This document shows positions 52,560 to 64,000 of a stretch of DNA of 64,000 bases, one piece after another. The stretch is taken from assembly GCF_006345805.1 (NCBI RefSeq), contig NC_043006.1, positions 53,072,001 to 53,136,000 on the forward strand, written 5' to 3'. Both the position numbers and the translations under genes were made by a program. This stretch comes from Octopus sinensis. Lineage: Eukaryota. Position 1 is the first letter of the stretch, and each line of letters opens with the position of its first letter. The notes under the pieces were generated by a model. It had not been told where the DNA came from. It ran no database searches and saw only the letters and a program-made list of their open reading frames with translations.

Positions 52560-52852
52560 TTCAAGCCTAGCCAGGCTCATGGGCCCGATTTCCCGGTTTC
52601 TGTGGCGCATGTGTTCCCTCCAGCTGGACGAGACGTCAGTCCATCGCAGCGTTACTCAAGAAACAGGAAGAAAGAGTGAGAGAAAGTTGGGGCGAAAGAG
52701 TACAACAGGGGTTGCCACAACCCCCTGCCGGAGCCTTGTGGAGCTTTAGGTGTTTTTGCTCAATAAACACACACAACGCCCGGTCTGGGAATCGAAACCG
52801 CGATCCTCCGACCGTGAGTCCGCTGCCCTAACCACTGGGCCATTGTGCATCC
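52560..52852 (-). mobile_element. SINE A2 adjacent to a SINE B tail (52514-52557)
   Basis: Reverse complement of the 30120 copy over its whole length. Confidence 0.88.
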
Positions 52853-53480
52853 TATAGATGTTATAAATGTTCTTAATTCTGTTTTGATGCCAACATTTTA
52901 TAAATCTTAATGACATTGTTTTATTATGTTAAAAATTCTCTTTATGTCTTCGATTTCGTTCCGTTGTTAAGGCTGTTTAAAGCATAACACTCGAACACAA
53001 GTAATAAATAGAATAATTTATTGTAGATGATTTTGTCATCTAACGGATCATACTAATTATTTTATGAATAATAATGATTATCTTACATCTAAATAGAATA
53101 ATAATGATGCCTATGTTTGGCACAATTATACTGCAGTAATAGCGGAGTCCATTTAACTGATTACATCGCTTGATAAATTAGTATTGTTTTATCGATTCTA
53201 CCAGGATGAAAAGTAATGGTCGACTTTGAACTTAAGATATAGAAGGGCGAGAGCTAGTTAAATTCGTAAGGTATATATTTTGTCTATCATTTTAAAAAAC
53301 TTCTGCACTTCACCGATCTCTTCAATAGAATAATGCTTATATTCTTCCAATCGCTTTCGCTAGTGTCCTTACTGTTATAAAACTGTTATAGTCTCTTGAA
53401 TCAGTTCTGCTAGGATTTTGAGTACAGTAATCACTCGCCATTTCGCTTACGTCGATTCCTCTGTGATCTTGTTTTGCATA

Positions 53481-53884
53481 CTCTCTCTTTACTCTTTTTA
53501 CTCTTTTACTCGTTTCAGTCATTTGACTGCGGCCATGCTGGAGCACCGTCTTTAGTCGAGAAAATCGCTCCCAGTACTTATTCTTTGTAAGCCTAGTATT
53601 TATTCTATCGGACTCTTTTGCTGAACCGCTAAGTTACGGGGACGTAAACACACCAGCATCGGTTGTCAAGCGAAGTTGAGGGGACAAACACAAACACACA
53701 TACATGTATATATACATATATACGACGGGCTTCATTCAGTTTCCGTCTATCAAATCCACTCACAGAGCTTTGGTCGGTCCGAGGCTATAGTAGAAGACAC
53801 TTGCCCAAGGTGTCACGCAGTGGGACTGAACCAGGAACCATGTGGTTCGTAAGTAAGCTACTTACCACACAGCCAATCCCATGC
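53481..53884 (-). mobile_element. SINE family B, full length
   Basis: Reverse complement of the 10374 copy, with a shorter internal microsatellite. Confidence 0.88.
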
Positions 53885-55037
53885 ATGTATAATAAAATAA
53901 ATATATACAAATTGTAAAATATGATTAAAAAAATATGCAGTATAGTAGTTTCTACTTCGCCGATTTTCACCTATCGCGTGGGGTTTTGGAATGTAACACC
54001 CACGATAGTCGAGGGATTACTGTGTGTGTTTTGTCCATCCGAGTGGTACGTACTAATAGCTGTGGTGCTGAGTTACATAACTAGACAATAAAATATTCTA
54101 GTTTGGTTTGCTATTGATCTGTGAAAAAAAAGAGCATTATGAAAGTAACAAATTTGATATGTGAAATGAGGACATGATATATTCATTTTTATTCTCTTGT
54201 CCTCTAATTGAAATATTATTTTGAATAAGGTTCTTCTGAAGACTTACCTTTGCACGATAGCCACGACAACAATAACTTTACATGGGAAAACATAATTTAC
54301 TCTTAGCAGAGTTGTAACGCCATGTACTGGGGCTTTGGATTCGTGTACATGTCTTATTCCCGGCAACAATATATTTAGTTCTCTCAAAACCGCCAAGCCC
54401 TCCTTCTTTAACTGTAGACAGCTTTAAGAGGGTAAAAAAGAATAACGAAATTTTTCACCTGATTTTCAAGATATGACAACCTTCATAATGCAATAAAAGA
54501 CTTAAATCATTCCAGAAATTCTAGGTGGGAGATTGTGATGACATAGATAGAAGAAATATAATAAAAGTGGTGAGCCAAGATAACAATCACTCTAAATTGT
54601 ATGTTGATACACGCCTGTTAACAAGATTCTTTCTAAGGGCGATAACACGTAGAAAGCAGATCTGTCTTTAATCTCTTTAAAGGGCGTTAAAAATGCTGTG
54701 TGGATTCACTTCAGTATTTGACATTTTGCAAACAAGAATGACTTGCAAATTCATTTAACGTAAATAATAATAAAAAAAACCCGCCCTCTTTTCGCACGCA
54801 TATGAATAATAATAATAATAGCAACAAAAAAAGCTATCTAGGAATATATGGCATTTAAATAGAGCATTCTAATGTGATCTAATAAAATGTGTTAGTAAAG
54901 CGATAATGAACTAAGATAGTCTCACAGACAGCTAAATCTATAACCTAGGTTCAGTTCCCAGATGAATCTGTTTTTTTCTCTCACGTTTTAAAATATTGTT
55001 GAGAAGGGCTTACAATATTACAACAGCAGCAACAGCA

Positions 55038-55142
55038 GTGGAGGCCCAATGGTTAGGGCAGTGGACTCGCGGTCAGGGGGTGGTGGCGACCCCTGTTGTA
55101 CTCTTTCGCCCAAATTTTCTCTCACTCTTTCTTCCTGTTTCT
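55038..55142 (+). mobile_element. Truncated, internally deleted SINE A
   Basis: gtggaggcccaatggttagggcagtggactcgcggtc...ctttctctcactctttcttcctgtttc. Confidence 0.75.
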
Positions 55143-55746
55143 TGTCCCCGACTTCCTACGCAACCGCTGAGCCTCGGTGTCGGGGGTTGACCTGCTTTCT
55201 CTTCTGCGGGTCTTACGAATAGCAAAGGACCACGATTCGGATTTTTCCCGCTGCGAGCATTGGGACGAAGACTGTTCGCTCAACAGTGTAGTGGTTAAGT
55301 GTGTATGTAAAAAATAAGTAACCCTATTCATGATTGAAAGGAATTTATTTACAGGGTTATAGGTACACTACATACAAATGTAGGCAACTGCTATGAGTTG
55401 CTAGAAATACATAGTACATTCGTGGAAGTCATATTAGGAATGAATATGTTTGTGCGTGTGTGCGTGTTTCATTCGAAACAGTAGTCTATCGGCACTTCGA
55501 ACATTTCTCTCTGTTTCTGTCGTAGATAGATCTAACTCGTCTGTATGCTCCCGTCTGTCTGCTGCGATTGTCTGTTTGCCTTTCTGTTTCACCCTAGTAT
55601 TTATAATAAAAAGTGGCTGCTAGAAAGACAGACATACTGCAGCGGAGTTTTTACCTAAATAGGTCAGCGCTTGTCCAGTTGAACTTCGCCTGACATGATG
55701 AGGTCGCAGGTCAAGGTGAGATGATCAATCAATTTTTGACAGGACA
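55143..55746 (-). mobile_element. Probable solo LTR (about 600 bp)
   Basis: TGTCC...GGACA termini; on the minus strand a TATAAA (about 55600) precedes an AATAAA (55344-49); no TSD found. Confidence 0.5.
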
Positions 55747-55879
55747 AAGAAAACCTTTCTTCGCGCCTGTTGATCGTCGTGGTTTGGACGACCGAGAATT
55801 CTTGGATTCGGTTTCGAATCTAGACTTAGAGATAGAAGTGTTAATTCTTACAACAGTAACAGCAACAGCAATAATATTT

Positions 55880-56011
55880 ATAATGATGGTTTAAAATTTT
55901 GGCACAAGGCTAGCAGTTTCAGAGGAGGGTATAAGTCGATTACATCGATCTCAGTATTTATCTGGTGCTTACATTATCAACTCCGAAAGGAGGAAAGGCA
56001 AGGTCGACCCC
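55880..56011 (-). mobile_element. Headless SINE C (tail 2)
   Basis: aaattttggcacaaggc...gtcgattacatcgat...gaaaggcaaggtcgacccc. Confidence 0.75.
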
Positions 56012-57690
56012 ACAAAAATCACGATCGCCCTGACCTCTAAGGGCAAGCGCCTCTCCATTTCATCTACTCTCGATCTAGAGGCGCATGATTAGAGTAGGCC
56101 CGTTCAATCGGTCCATTCGTGTTACATTCACCCAGCTTTTAACAAAATTGCTGGGAGGCAGCACTTTCCTCTCTATCTTCACTTTCATTTTCAAGTGAAA
56201 CTTGAAAAAAATTGATGAGGGCTTGGCCAAAGAGAGAAGTGTTTGCCTTCAGCTCCTTCAACCTGTCCACCACACAACCGTTTTCGCTAAGGCCAGTAAA
56301 CAAAGAAACACTGCTTGTCCTTCCCGGCCAAAGGAAGACGACGGGACTATCTTCACGATGCTTGACTTAGCACTGCCAAGCCAAGGATTTCTGTAAGTTA
56401 TTCATAGGCCCCGGCCTGAAAGCCCTCCGGAACAGATCAACCAATTCATTCTCATCGACTACTGGACGCTCCCCAAGAAAGTCGTCACTCTTGCCTGGAT
56501 GGAACTGCCAACCGCATTGTCCGATTGACTGAGGACTGCAAGCGTCTGACAACACTCTCGGTGTCAGGCACCCTGCCTCGGTTTGTGCTTAGTCCAGTAC
56601 TGCAGCTCAGACAAAGGGACAAGTTGTAGAAAATCGTGTCTGAGAAACGGCGACCACATTTTCTCACTGGCTATGAAGCAGTGGAGATATCGCAGCCTCT
56701 GCAGCCACAACATGACCAGCCACCACATTCCACGGTAAATGGAGTAAATGGAGTGCCTGACTAGTGGAACGTGCATCTTTCACAGAAACGGAAAAAGCAC
56801 ACTCTAGTTTGATGAGACTTGAACTGGAGCAAGGCACGACGTTCAGGTGGTAATATATGACGGTGGCGATGTATGCATTTGCCACCTTTGCCCGATATTT
56901 CGGCGATATTTTGCTCTCGGCCCATTTCTGGGGAAAATTGGCTACCCTGTTCGTCACCTCGTCCCAGTTCTTCTCCACCGGAGATCTGGACCAAACCAGA
57001 TCCCGAGCAATTTAACCGGTCTTTCCATTAAATTGCTCGGGATTCCACGACGTTATTGGATGGCAAGGACTTGATACAGAAGAGTAAGCAGGCACATTCT
57101 TAACAAACCGAATGAATGATGTTGAATGGTTCTGATAGGTAACTATTCATCCTAACTACTGAGAAAATGTCGCTGTACATTGCAGTGATCCAGTCAAGGA
57201 AAACAGGACCGAAACGTGAGAACGGCCACCAAACATTAGTGGTCGACCCTATCGAAAGCTTTATACTGAACCAAATTGATCTGGGCCCCAGCCATGCCAG
57301 GTTCCTTACCTACCCTGTCATTGATGTATCGCATGAGGTGGAGGTTGTCATGGATGGATCTGCTTGGGATTGCGCATGTTTACGCATCACCAAAGATCTT
57401 CGAGGACAAGCGCCAACCTCTTTGCTAACACTTTGGCCAAAATTTTGAAGGTTGCCTTCAGCAGCGTTATGGGACTAAAGTTTTCTATTTGATCTCCCTT
57501 GTTTGGGTTCTTTCTTAGCAGTGCCACCGCTACTCGACTCACAGAATTGAGAATTCTCCCATTTTGCTGCTACTTGTAGTAGATATCTGCCAAAAAACCG
57601 AAAACAAGTCTGGCATATAGAAGTAAAGCTTACAGGGCAGACTATCCAAATTAGGCGATTTGCACCCCGTGCAACTGCTCGTTCACGGTT
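56012..57690 (-). mobile_element. Tx1/L1-clade LINE, 5'-truncated ORF2 + 3' UTR, decayed
   Basis: Minus strand KSPNLDSLP..YMPDLF..QQNGRI..LLRKNPNKGDQIENFSPITLL..FKILAKVLAKRL; EKNWDEVTNRV...AKVANAYIATVIYY. Confidence 0.85.
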
Positions 57691-57814
57691 AAACAACACA
57701 CACACACACACACACACACCACACACACACACACATACACACACACACACGCACACACACACAATCCTACACCGACTATAGTCTGCATAATTATCTACTA
57801 CAGGTATACCACAG

Positions 57815-57935
57815 TGAAGGCGCATGACCTAGTAATTAGGGGTATTAGTTTTACGTTCATAAGTTTATGGGTTCGATCCTTAGCTAGCTCATTGCGTTGT
57901 TTCATTGAGCAAAGCACTTCATTTCACTTTTCCAT
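57815..57935 (+). mobile_element. Degenerate SINE D head
   Basis: gtgaaggcgcatgacctagt...gggttcgatcc...tgagcaaagcacttcatttcac. Confidence 0.6.
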
Positions 57936-58553
57936 GTAAAAGAAACCCCCATATTTTTTAAACCTAATTTTTGACAAAAACGGTCCCTTATACACGTTAA
58001 AATACGTATGTTATAGATCCCGGAAATTATTAGCTGATAATAATAAAAGGTGTTGTTACTTACAGGTAAGTTGAAGTGATTAAAAAAATATAACAAACTC
58101 TGTAAAACAACGAAAAATCGTAGTATATAAACAGCAATTCCACCCCACCCCCACCTAGCATCACCCCCCACTCTCAGCAACAACACGAGACGTATATTTA
58201 ACCTTTAGCATTAGATTAAGTTTTCAGCTGGTGGTAGTACTACTGATTCCCTCCCCCCCACCTCCCGTACTAATGCTTACACACACATACACACACTCAC
58301 ACACTTATTCCCCCACAACACAATTCTTTACACCTACAGGTTTCGGCATGTACACTCACAAACACAACATAGACAAACAAATAGACGTACATACACGCAC
58401 ACATACATACATACATACATACATACATACATACATACATACATACATACATACATACATACATACATACATGCATGCATACATACATACATACATACAT
58501 ACATACATACATACATACATACATACACACACGCACACACATACATATACCTA

Positions 58554-58601
<48 letters not shown>

Positions 58602-58947
58602 GGGAGAGAGAGAAATGCACACACTCACTGACACACACATACATTCACACACTAACCTGTACATACTCTAACACTTGTATATGACCTCTCTGATGATTTT
58701 CAGTCCGACTGCTAATCTGCATGGTTTAAAGGATAGGTGATGAACGAAAGTTGTAACATACTGTGCACTTCCAACTGGTTAGGTCTGCACACATCTCTAC
58801 ACTTCCAACGCTAATGGACATTCAGTAGATGGAATAATAAATGAAGTCACCAAAAAGAGATATCTATATATCATTGTCATTGCGCGCACTGGCACAAACC
58901 AAGAATAGTTCTGCGTCCCGGCACCCAAAATGGATTGTAATAACATA

Positions 58948-59445
58948 CGAGGTAGGATCAAAAGGCTCGAAGACTACTTATGTCCTGCACCAACATTTGG
59001 CAGCACACAGTTGGGCGCGCAGTGAGACCTAAAAGTGACATCGCTGTGTTTACTTCGCAAGTTGTGGGATGTGTGGTCTTGTGATCACGTGTGTGCTGTA
59101 GTCAGCGATTTTGTCGTGGACAGGAAGTTGGAACAAAGAGCCAACGCGAAAGTTTGCGTTAAACTTAGGAGGTCTGCTACAGATACATTGAGTATGATGA
59201 CCCTGAGACGAAGCAGCAGTCGTTACAATGGTAGTGCCCTTCATCTCCACGACCAAAGAAGGCATGACAGAACCGCAGCTCAATCAAAAGCATGCTCGTC
59301 ATTTTCGTTTTCGACATTCGTGGTATTGTGCATCAAGAATTCGCCCCTTAGGGCCAGACCGTCATTCGAGAGTTCTGCTGCGACATTTTGAAGCGTTTTA
59401 GGGAGGACATTCGGCGAAAGCGACCTAAATTATACAGCAAGTGGT
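58948..59445 (+). mobile_element. Internally deleted mariner
   Basis: TA|cgagg TIR; DRKLEQRANAKVCVKL..SATDT joined to YDPETKQQS.QW..PSSPRPKKA..KSMLVIF.FDIRGIVHQEF. Confidence 0.85.
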
Positions 59446-60146
59446 CAACAAGGTTGTCGGAACCAGGATCTGTAGACAACATCAAAATGTATTGCAGGTC
59501 AGAGACAATGTCGAGAAAGTATTTTTTTTTAGATTTTAAAATTTTATTGCTCCAACATCATATTGCCATCATATCGAGTTTAGAATTCACAATTGTGCCA
59601 GGAGTAGTATTTATTCATGATGACAAGCTGACGAAAACAGTGATGAAGCATATTCAACGAAAAAGGACGACTCTAAAATGTGAACGTATTTGAAAAACTT
59701 AAGTAGCAATACATGTCGTAGTTCTTGTAATATGCTTCAGTTTCAATGTTTTAATCTGTACGATGCACTTGATGTTTGTATTCACTTATAGGAAGTTTGA
59801 TCAGCACAGTTTTTGTTTGTTAGGAACTGCCGCATTCCGACGAAATCCACTTCACGCACCAGATCCTAGTACAGGATTGTTTTCCACTAAGCAAAGGTAT
59901 AGTGTATCTGAACTATTTATGAAGGGAACTCATAGGCAATAGAAAAATGATACGAGGGTGTATCATAGACAGTCATAGACGACAGAAAAGGCGCAATTTT
60001 CGAGAAGTTTCGAATATGCTATACATATATCGTGATAAAAAATAATACCCCTCAGTATTGTATATTTGTCGATGGTTTTTTTATCTAGTAGATAATGCGT
60101 CCGTGAAGTATGTAAAAAGTAGAGTGTTAAAGGTTATGAAACGTTA

Positions 60147-60240
60147 CCATCATCATCAATATCATCAACATCACCGTTATTGCCATCACCACCACTATCG
60201 TCCTCATCATCACTACCACCACCATCATTACCGCCGTTAC
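60147..60240. repeat. Imperfect (CAY)n trinucleotide repeat
   Basis: Gives the poly-His ORF; no flanking coding signal. Confidence 0.7.
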
Positions 60241-61067
60241 AACGATAAGCGCAAGTCTAGCCATTCAAAGTCCAGTAGCTTGTCCGAAATCTCGAGATAT
60301 TGTTGAATACGTTGTCTTCATTGAACATGTTAAGAGCAATTCAATTTAGAATAATTCACCTTCTCAAAGCTACTGATTGTGGCTGAGCTCGTAGAAGGGA
60401 ATCTGGAATTTCAGGAGGAGGGAAAATAAAATATTAACCCTCCCACCCCCATATAATCATTCCCTAAATCATTAGAATGTAAGCGAATGCGAAGGAAAAA
60501 TTAGTAAAACCGGGAATCGAAACTAGATTGCAGAGACGGCTCAGCAAGAGCCTAGCTCCACTTGAGGATGTATGAACATAAAAAAGAAAGATAAAAAAGC
60601 AGAAAGCGAAAAAACAAAAACAAGGAAATGTCGATTCTGTGCGATGATAGACTATCGGATTCGATTATTCACAACACGTGACGGCCCTTCGGTCAAATCC
60701 TACTGAACTGTTTTTCATTTCTTTGGAGTTCGATCAAATAGAGTTAACACTAAATTCAATTCGATTGAATTACCGACAAAGAACAGATCTGATACATGTA
60801 TCAACTTTGTTCTTTGACTCCCGGCAAAGAACAGACCTGATATATAGTCAAAAGAAATCCATATATAGTTCAAGGATATCTGCTTCCGTTTTAAAGGAAG
60901 AAATGTCAAAATAAAGAAAAATAAATGTTCGTGCAGTCACTAAATAACTTCAACACCAGAAGAAAAGTTCTGTTTTCTTTTCATGTTATCATTCAGACGG
61001 TGTCACGACAAAGCAAACATATAATAGATTTTAATATAATTTTCTTTCTATATAGCGCAAGCGCAAG

Positions 61068-61182
61068 CGTGGCTGTGTGGAACGACAAGTTGGTAAGACA
61101 TGGTGTCGGGTTCAATCCTACTGCGTGGCTCCGGATAGAGTGAGTAGAAATGACAAGCAGAAACAGAACTAAGCCCGTCGTA
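61068..61182 (+). mobile_element. Degenerate, deleted SINE B head
   Basis: gcgtggctgtgtgg...gggttcaatcctactgcgtggc...aagcccgtcgtat. Confidence 0.55.
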
Positions 61183-61970
61183 TGTGTGTGTGTGTGTGTG
61201 TGTGCGTGTTTCCCACCACTGTTTGTTGGTTTCAGATGTCTCAACCACAAGGTGTTGGCTTCAGATGTCTCATAATTTGGTGGTTCGGCATAGAGGACCG
61301 ATTGAAAAAGTACTCTTTCTATCCGGTCAAGAAAACTCTTAGGCTTGTATTCACGTTTATGAAAGTGGTGATGTCCTTTGCGATATTTGTTTGAAATTTC
61401 GAAATCTGAAAACTTCTGAAGTCCGAAATACTTTCGAATGAAGCAAGTACCCCCAAAATACAAAATCTCAGAAAGCAATTCCATTATTAATGTAAATATG
61501 TAAAGGAAATGTTTCTTTTCTCATATCTGTGCCACAGATACGACAAAAGAAGCAATGTAAGCATTTTGAGTTCTATTATTGATGTGAATATGTTAAGGGA
61601 ATGATTATATTCTTTATGTTTGAAGTCTATTCGGTCATCTGACGATAACGGTTTCTTTAAAATGATGTAATGAATTGACGCTTGTACATCTTCGTTACTC
61701 ATATTTTATACACGTAACTTGGAATCTGCACTTCGGAAATACTGTCGAAAGAACCTTTATAGAAAGTACATGCTTGAATTACTAAGAGCGGATATCTTCA
61801 TTTAGCTTGGTTGCGTTGTCTGCCCACACGGCAGGAATATCAGTACAAAAACACCTTTTCACGGTGTCTTGATATTCAATATTCAATTAATATTGTTTGG
61901 GAGTGTGGATTATACCAACCTAGCCAGGTGCCTCAAATAAAGTACCTAATGATCAGACCTCGTATGCATG

Positions 61971-62035
<65 letters not shown>

Positions 62036-62808
62036 GTGTGTGCGTGTTTCCCACCACTGTTTGTTGGTTTCAGATGTCTCAACCACAAGGTGTTGGCTTC
62101 AGATGTCTCATAATTTGGTGGTTCGGCATAGAGGACCGATTGAAAAAGTACTCTTTCTATCCGGTCAAGAAAACTCTTAGGCTTGTATTCACGTTTATGA
62201 AAGTGGTGATGTCCTTTGCGATATTTGTTTGAAATTTCGAAATCTGAAAACTTCTGAAGTCCGAAATACTTTCGAATGAAGCAAGTACCCCCAAAATACA
62301 AAATCTCAGAAAGCAATTCCATTATTAATGTAAATATGTAAAGGAAATGTTTCTTTTCTCATATCTGTGCCACAGATACGACAAAAGAAGCAATGTAAGC
62401 ATTTTGAGTTCTATTATTGATGTGAATATGTTAAGGGAATGATTATATTCTTTATGTTTGAAGTCTATTCGGTCATCTGACGATAACGGTTTCTTTAAAA
62501 TGATGTAATGAATTGACGCTTGTACATCTTCGTTACTCATATTTTATACACGTAACTTGGAATCTGCACTTCGGAAATACTGTCGAAAGAACCTTTATAG
62601 AAAGTACATGCTTGAATTACTAAGAGCGGATATCTTCATTTAGCTTGGTTGCGTTGTCTGCCCACACGGCAGGAATATCAGTACAAAAACACCTTTTCAC
62701 GGTGTCTTGATATTCAATATTCAATTAATATTGTTTGGGAGTGTGGATTATACCAACCTAGCCAGGTGCCTCAAATAAAGTACCTAATGATCAGACCTCG
62801 TATGCATG

Positions 62809-62887
<79 letters not shown>
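61183..62887. repeat. Direct tandem duplication, period 838 bp, bounded by (TG)n tracts
   Basis: Unique 768 bp at 61203-61970 is repeated at 62041-62808 with no difference I could see. Confidence 0.93.
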
Positions 62888-62891
<4 letters not shown>

Positions 62892-63077
62892 CTATATATA
62901 TATATATATATGCTTCACGTTTATTTTGGTGATTATGGATTTGTTGTAAATTACACAGTCGAGTCTTGCTGTAGTCGAGCTTTGGTAACGAATTATCCCT
63001 GCTATACGCGAACGATATTTCCTTCATTTCTTTAAAATTATAATTGTTATAACAATATGTATTCGTTCATTAAGTCA

Positions 63078-63447
63078 GCGAGCTGGCAGAAACGTTAGCA
63101 CGCCGGGCGAAATGCGTAGCCGTATTTCGTCTGCCGTTACGTTCCGAGTTCAAATTCCGCCGAGGTCGACTTTGCCTTTCATTCTTTCGGGGTCGATTAA
63201 ATGAGTACCAGTTACGCACTGGGGTCGATATAATCGACTTAATCCGTTTGTCTGTCCTTGTTTGTCCTCTCTGCTTGTAGCCCCTTGTGGGCAGTAAAGA
63301 AATAGGTAGTTCGTCCGTCTTTACGTTCTTAGTTCAAATCCTACTGAAATCGATTTTGCCCTTCATCTTTCCGAGGTCGATAAAACACACCTATAAGTTG
63401 AGCCTGGGTTGACGTAATCAATTTACACCCTCCCACCAAAATTGCTC
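63078..63447 (+). mobile_element. Dimeric SINE C (young head/body/tail1 fused to an older body/tail2)
   Basis: gcgagctggcagaaacgttagcacgccgggcg...gagttcaaattccgcc...aaagaaata|ggtagttcgtccgtc...ccctcccaccaaaattg. Confidence 0.88.
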
Positions 63448-64000
63448 CTCAATAAGTATGACTTGTTAGGGTGGGAATTACTCTAAGAGTAAATGGTATA
63501 TTGACATTGATGACTATTGATCCAACATGAAGCTGTTTCACTCCAATGATGTCGCTATTGCCAATGAGAAAAGTAAGAGCAAAACCATTTAAAATAAATT
63601 TCCCACTTATAAAAAAAAAAAAAAATAGACAATGGAGATAAAAAGACTATAGAATGAATAAATAAATAATTGTGATTATTATGGAAATATATCGAGATAA
63701 TTAGTTTCCTTCATTTTGTTCACATTATCATTTTGTTTACTTTATTTATATATTAATTAATTAATTTTAGTTATAGCTTGATGAGATTTGAAGTCAGACG
63801 ACAAAGGGACGTAAATGCGTACCAGAAGGTATGTTATCCCACCACTTTACTAACCCTTTCAAAAACAATATAAAACACATAGTTAACAGAGTCGACTGGA
63901 TCGATCTCAAACACTACTACTATCACCACCACCATCACCATTATACAAACAAGTAAAAAGAAACTGGCCTTGTGCCTAGTTGTTTAACTTTGCTTAACAA

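Noticed and set aside
60058-60306. His-rich 82-aa ORF
   Set aside because: Explained by an imperfect (CAY)n repeat

Overview
AT-rich, repeat-saturated, apparently non-coding eukaryotic DNA. The SINE families and the very long (TA)n/(TACA)n/(CA)n arrays resemble those I recall from Octopus (coleoid cephalopod); this taxon call is an inference, not a database result. I found no credible host protein-coding exon. The ORF track consists of microsatellite artefacts (YIYI/CVCV/HTHT), transposon fragments and short unassigned ORFs. Recognisable elements: many tRNA-derived SINE copies (labelled families A-E here, several with exact target-site duplications), decayed LINEs (RTE, CR1/L2-type, Tx1/L1), a Penelope-like element (RT + GIY-YIG), Tc1/mariner relics (DD41D-like, DD37D, mariner), a hAT element with an 8-bp TSD, a Merlin/ISXO2 relic, a Helitron Pif1 fragment and a probable solo LTR. 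The most interesting signal is a set of four microsatellite-anchored fold-back (inverted-repeat) elements. One carries an essentially complete minimal type I hammerhead ribozyme in each arm (15482-15707), and further hammerhead-like cores lie at about 11.2, 12.0 and 41.1 kb. Together these suggest a non-autonomous Penelope/retrozyme-like system. Other oddities: self-concatenating SINE arrays with a fixed junction, a 30-bp perfect tandem at a LINE 3' end, an identical-looking 838-bp tandem duplication, and a decayed 21-bp repeat that looks like a heptad-coding sequence.
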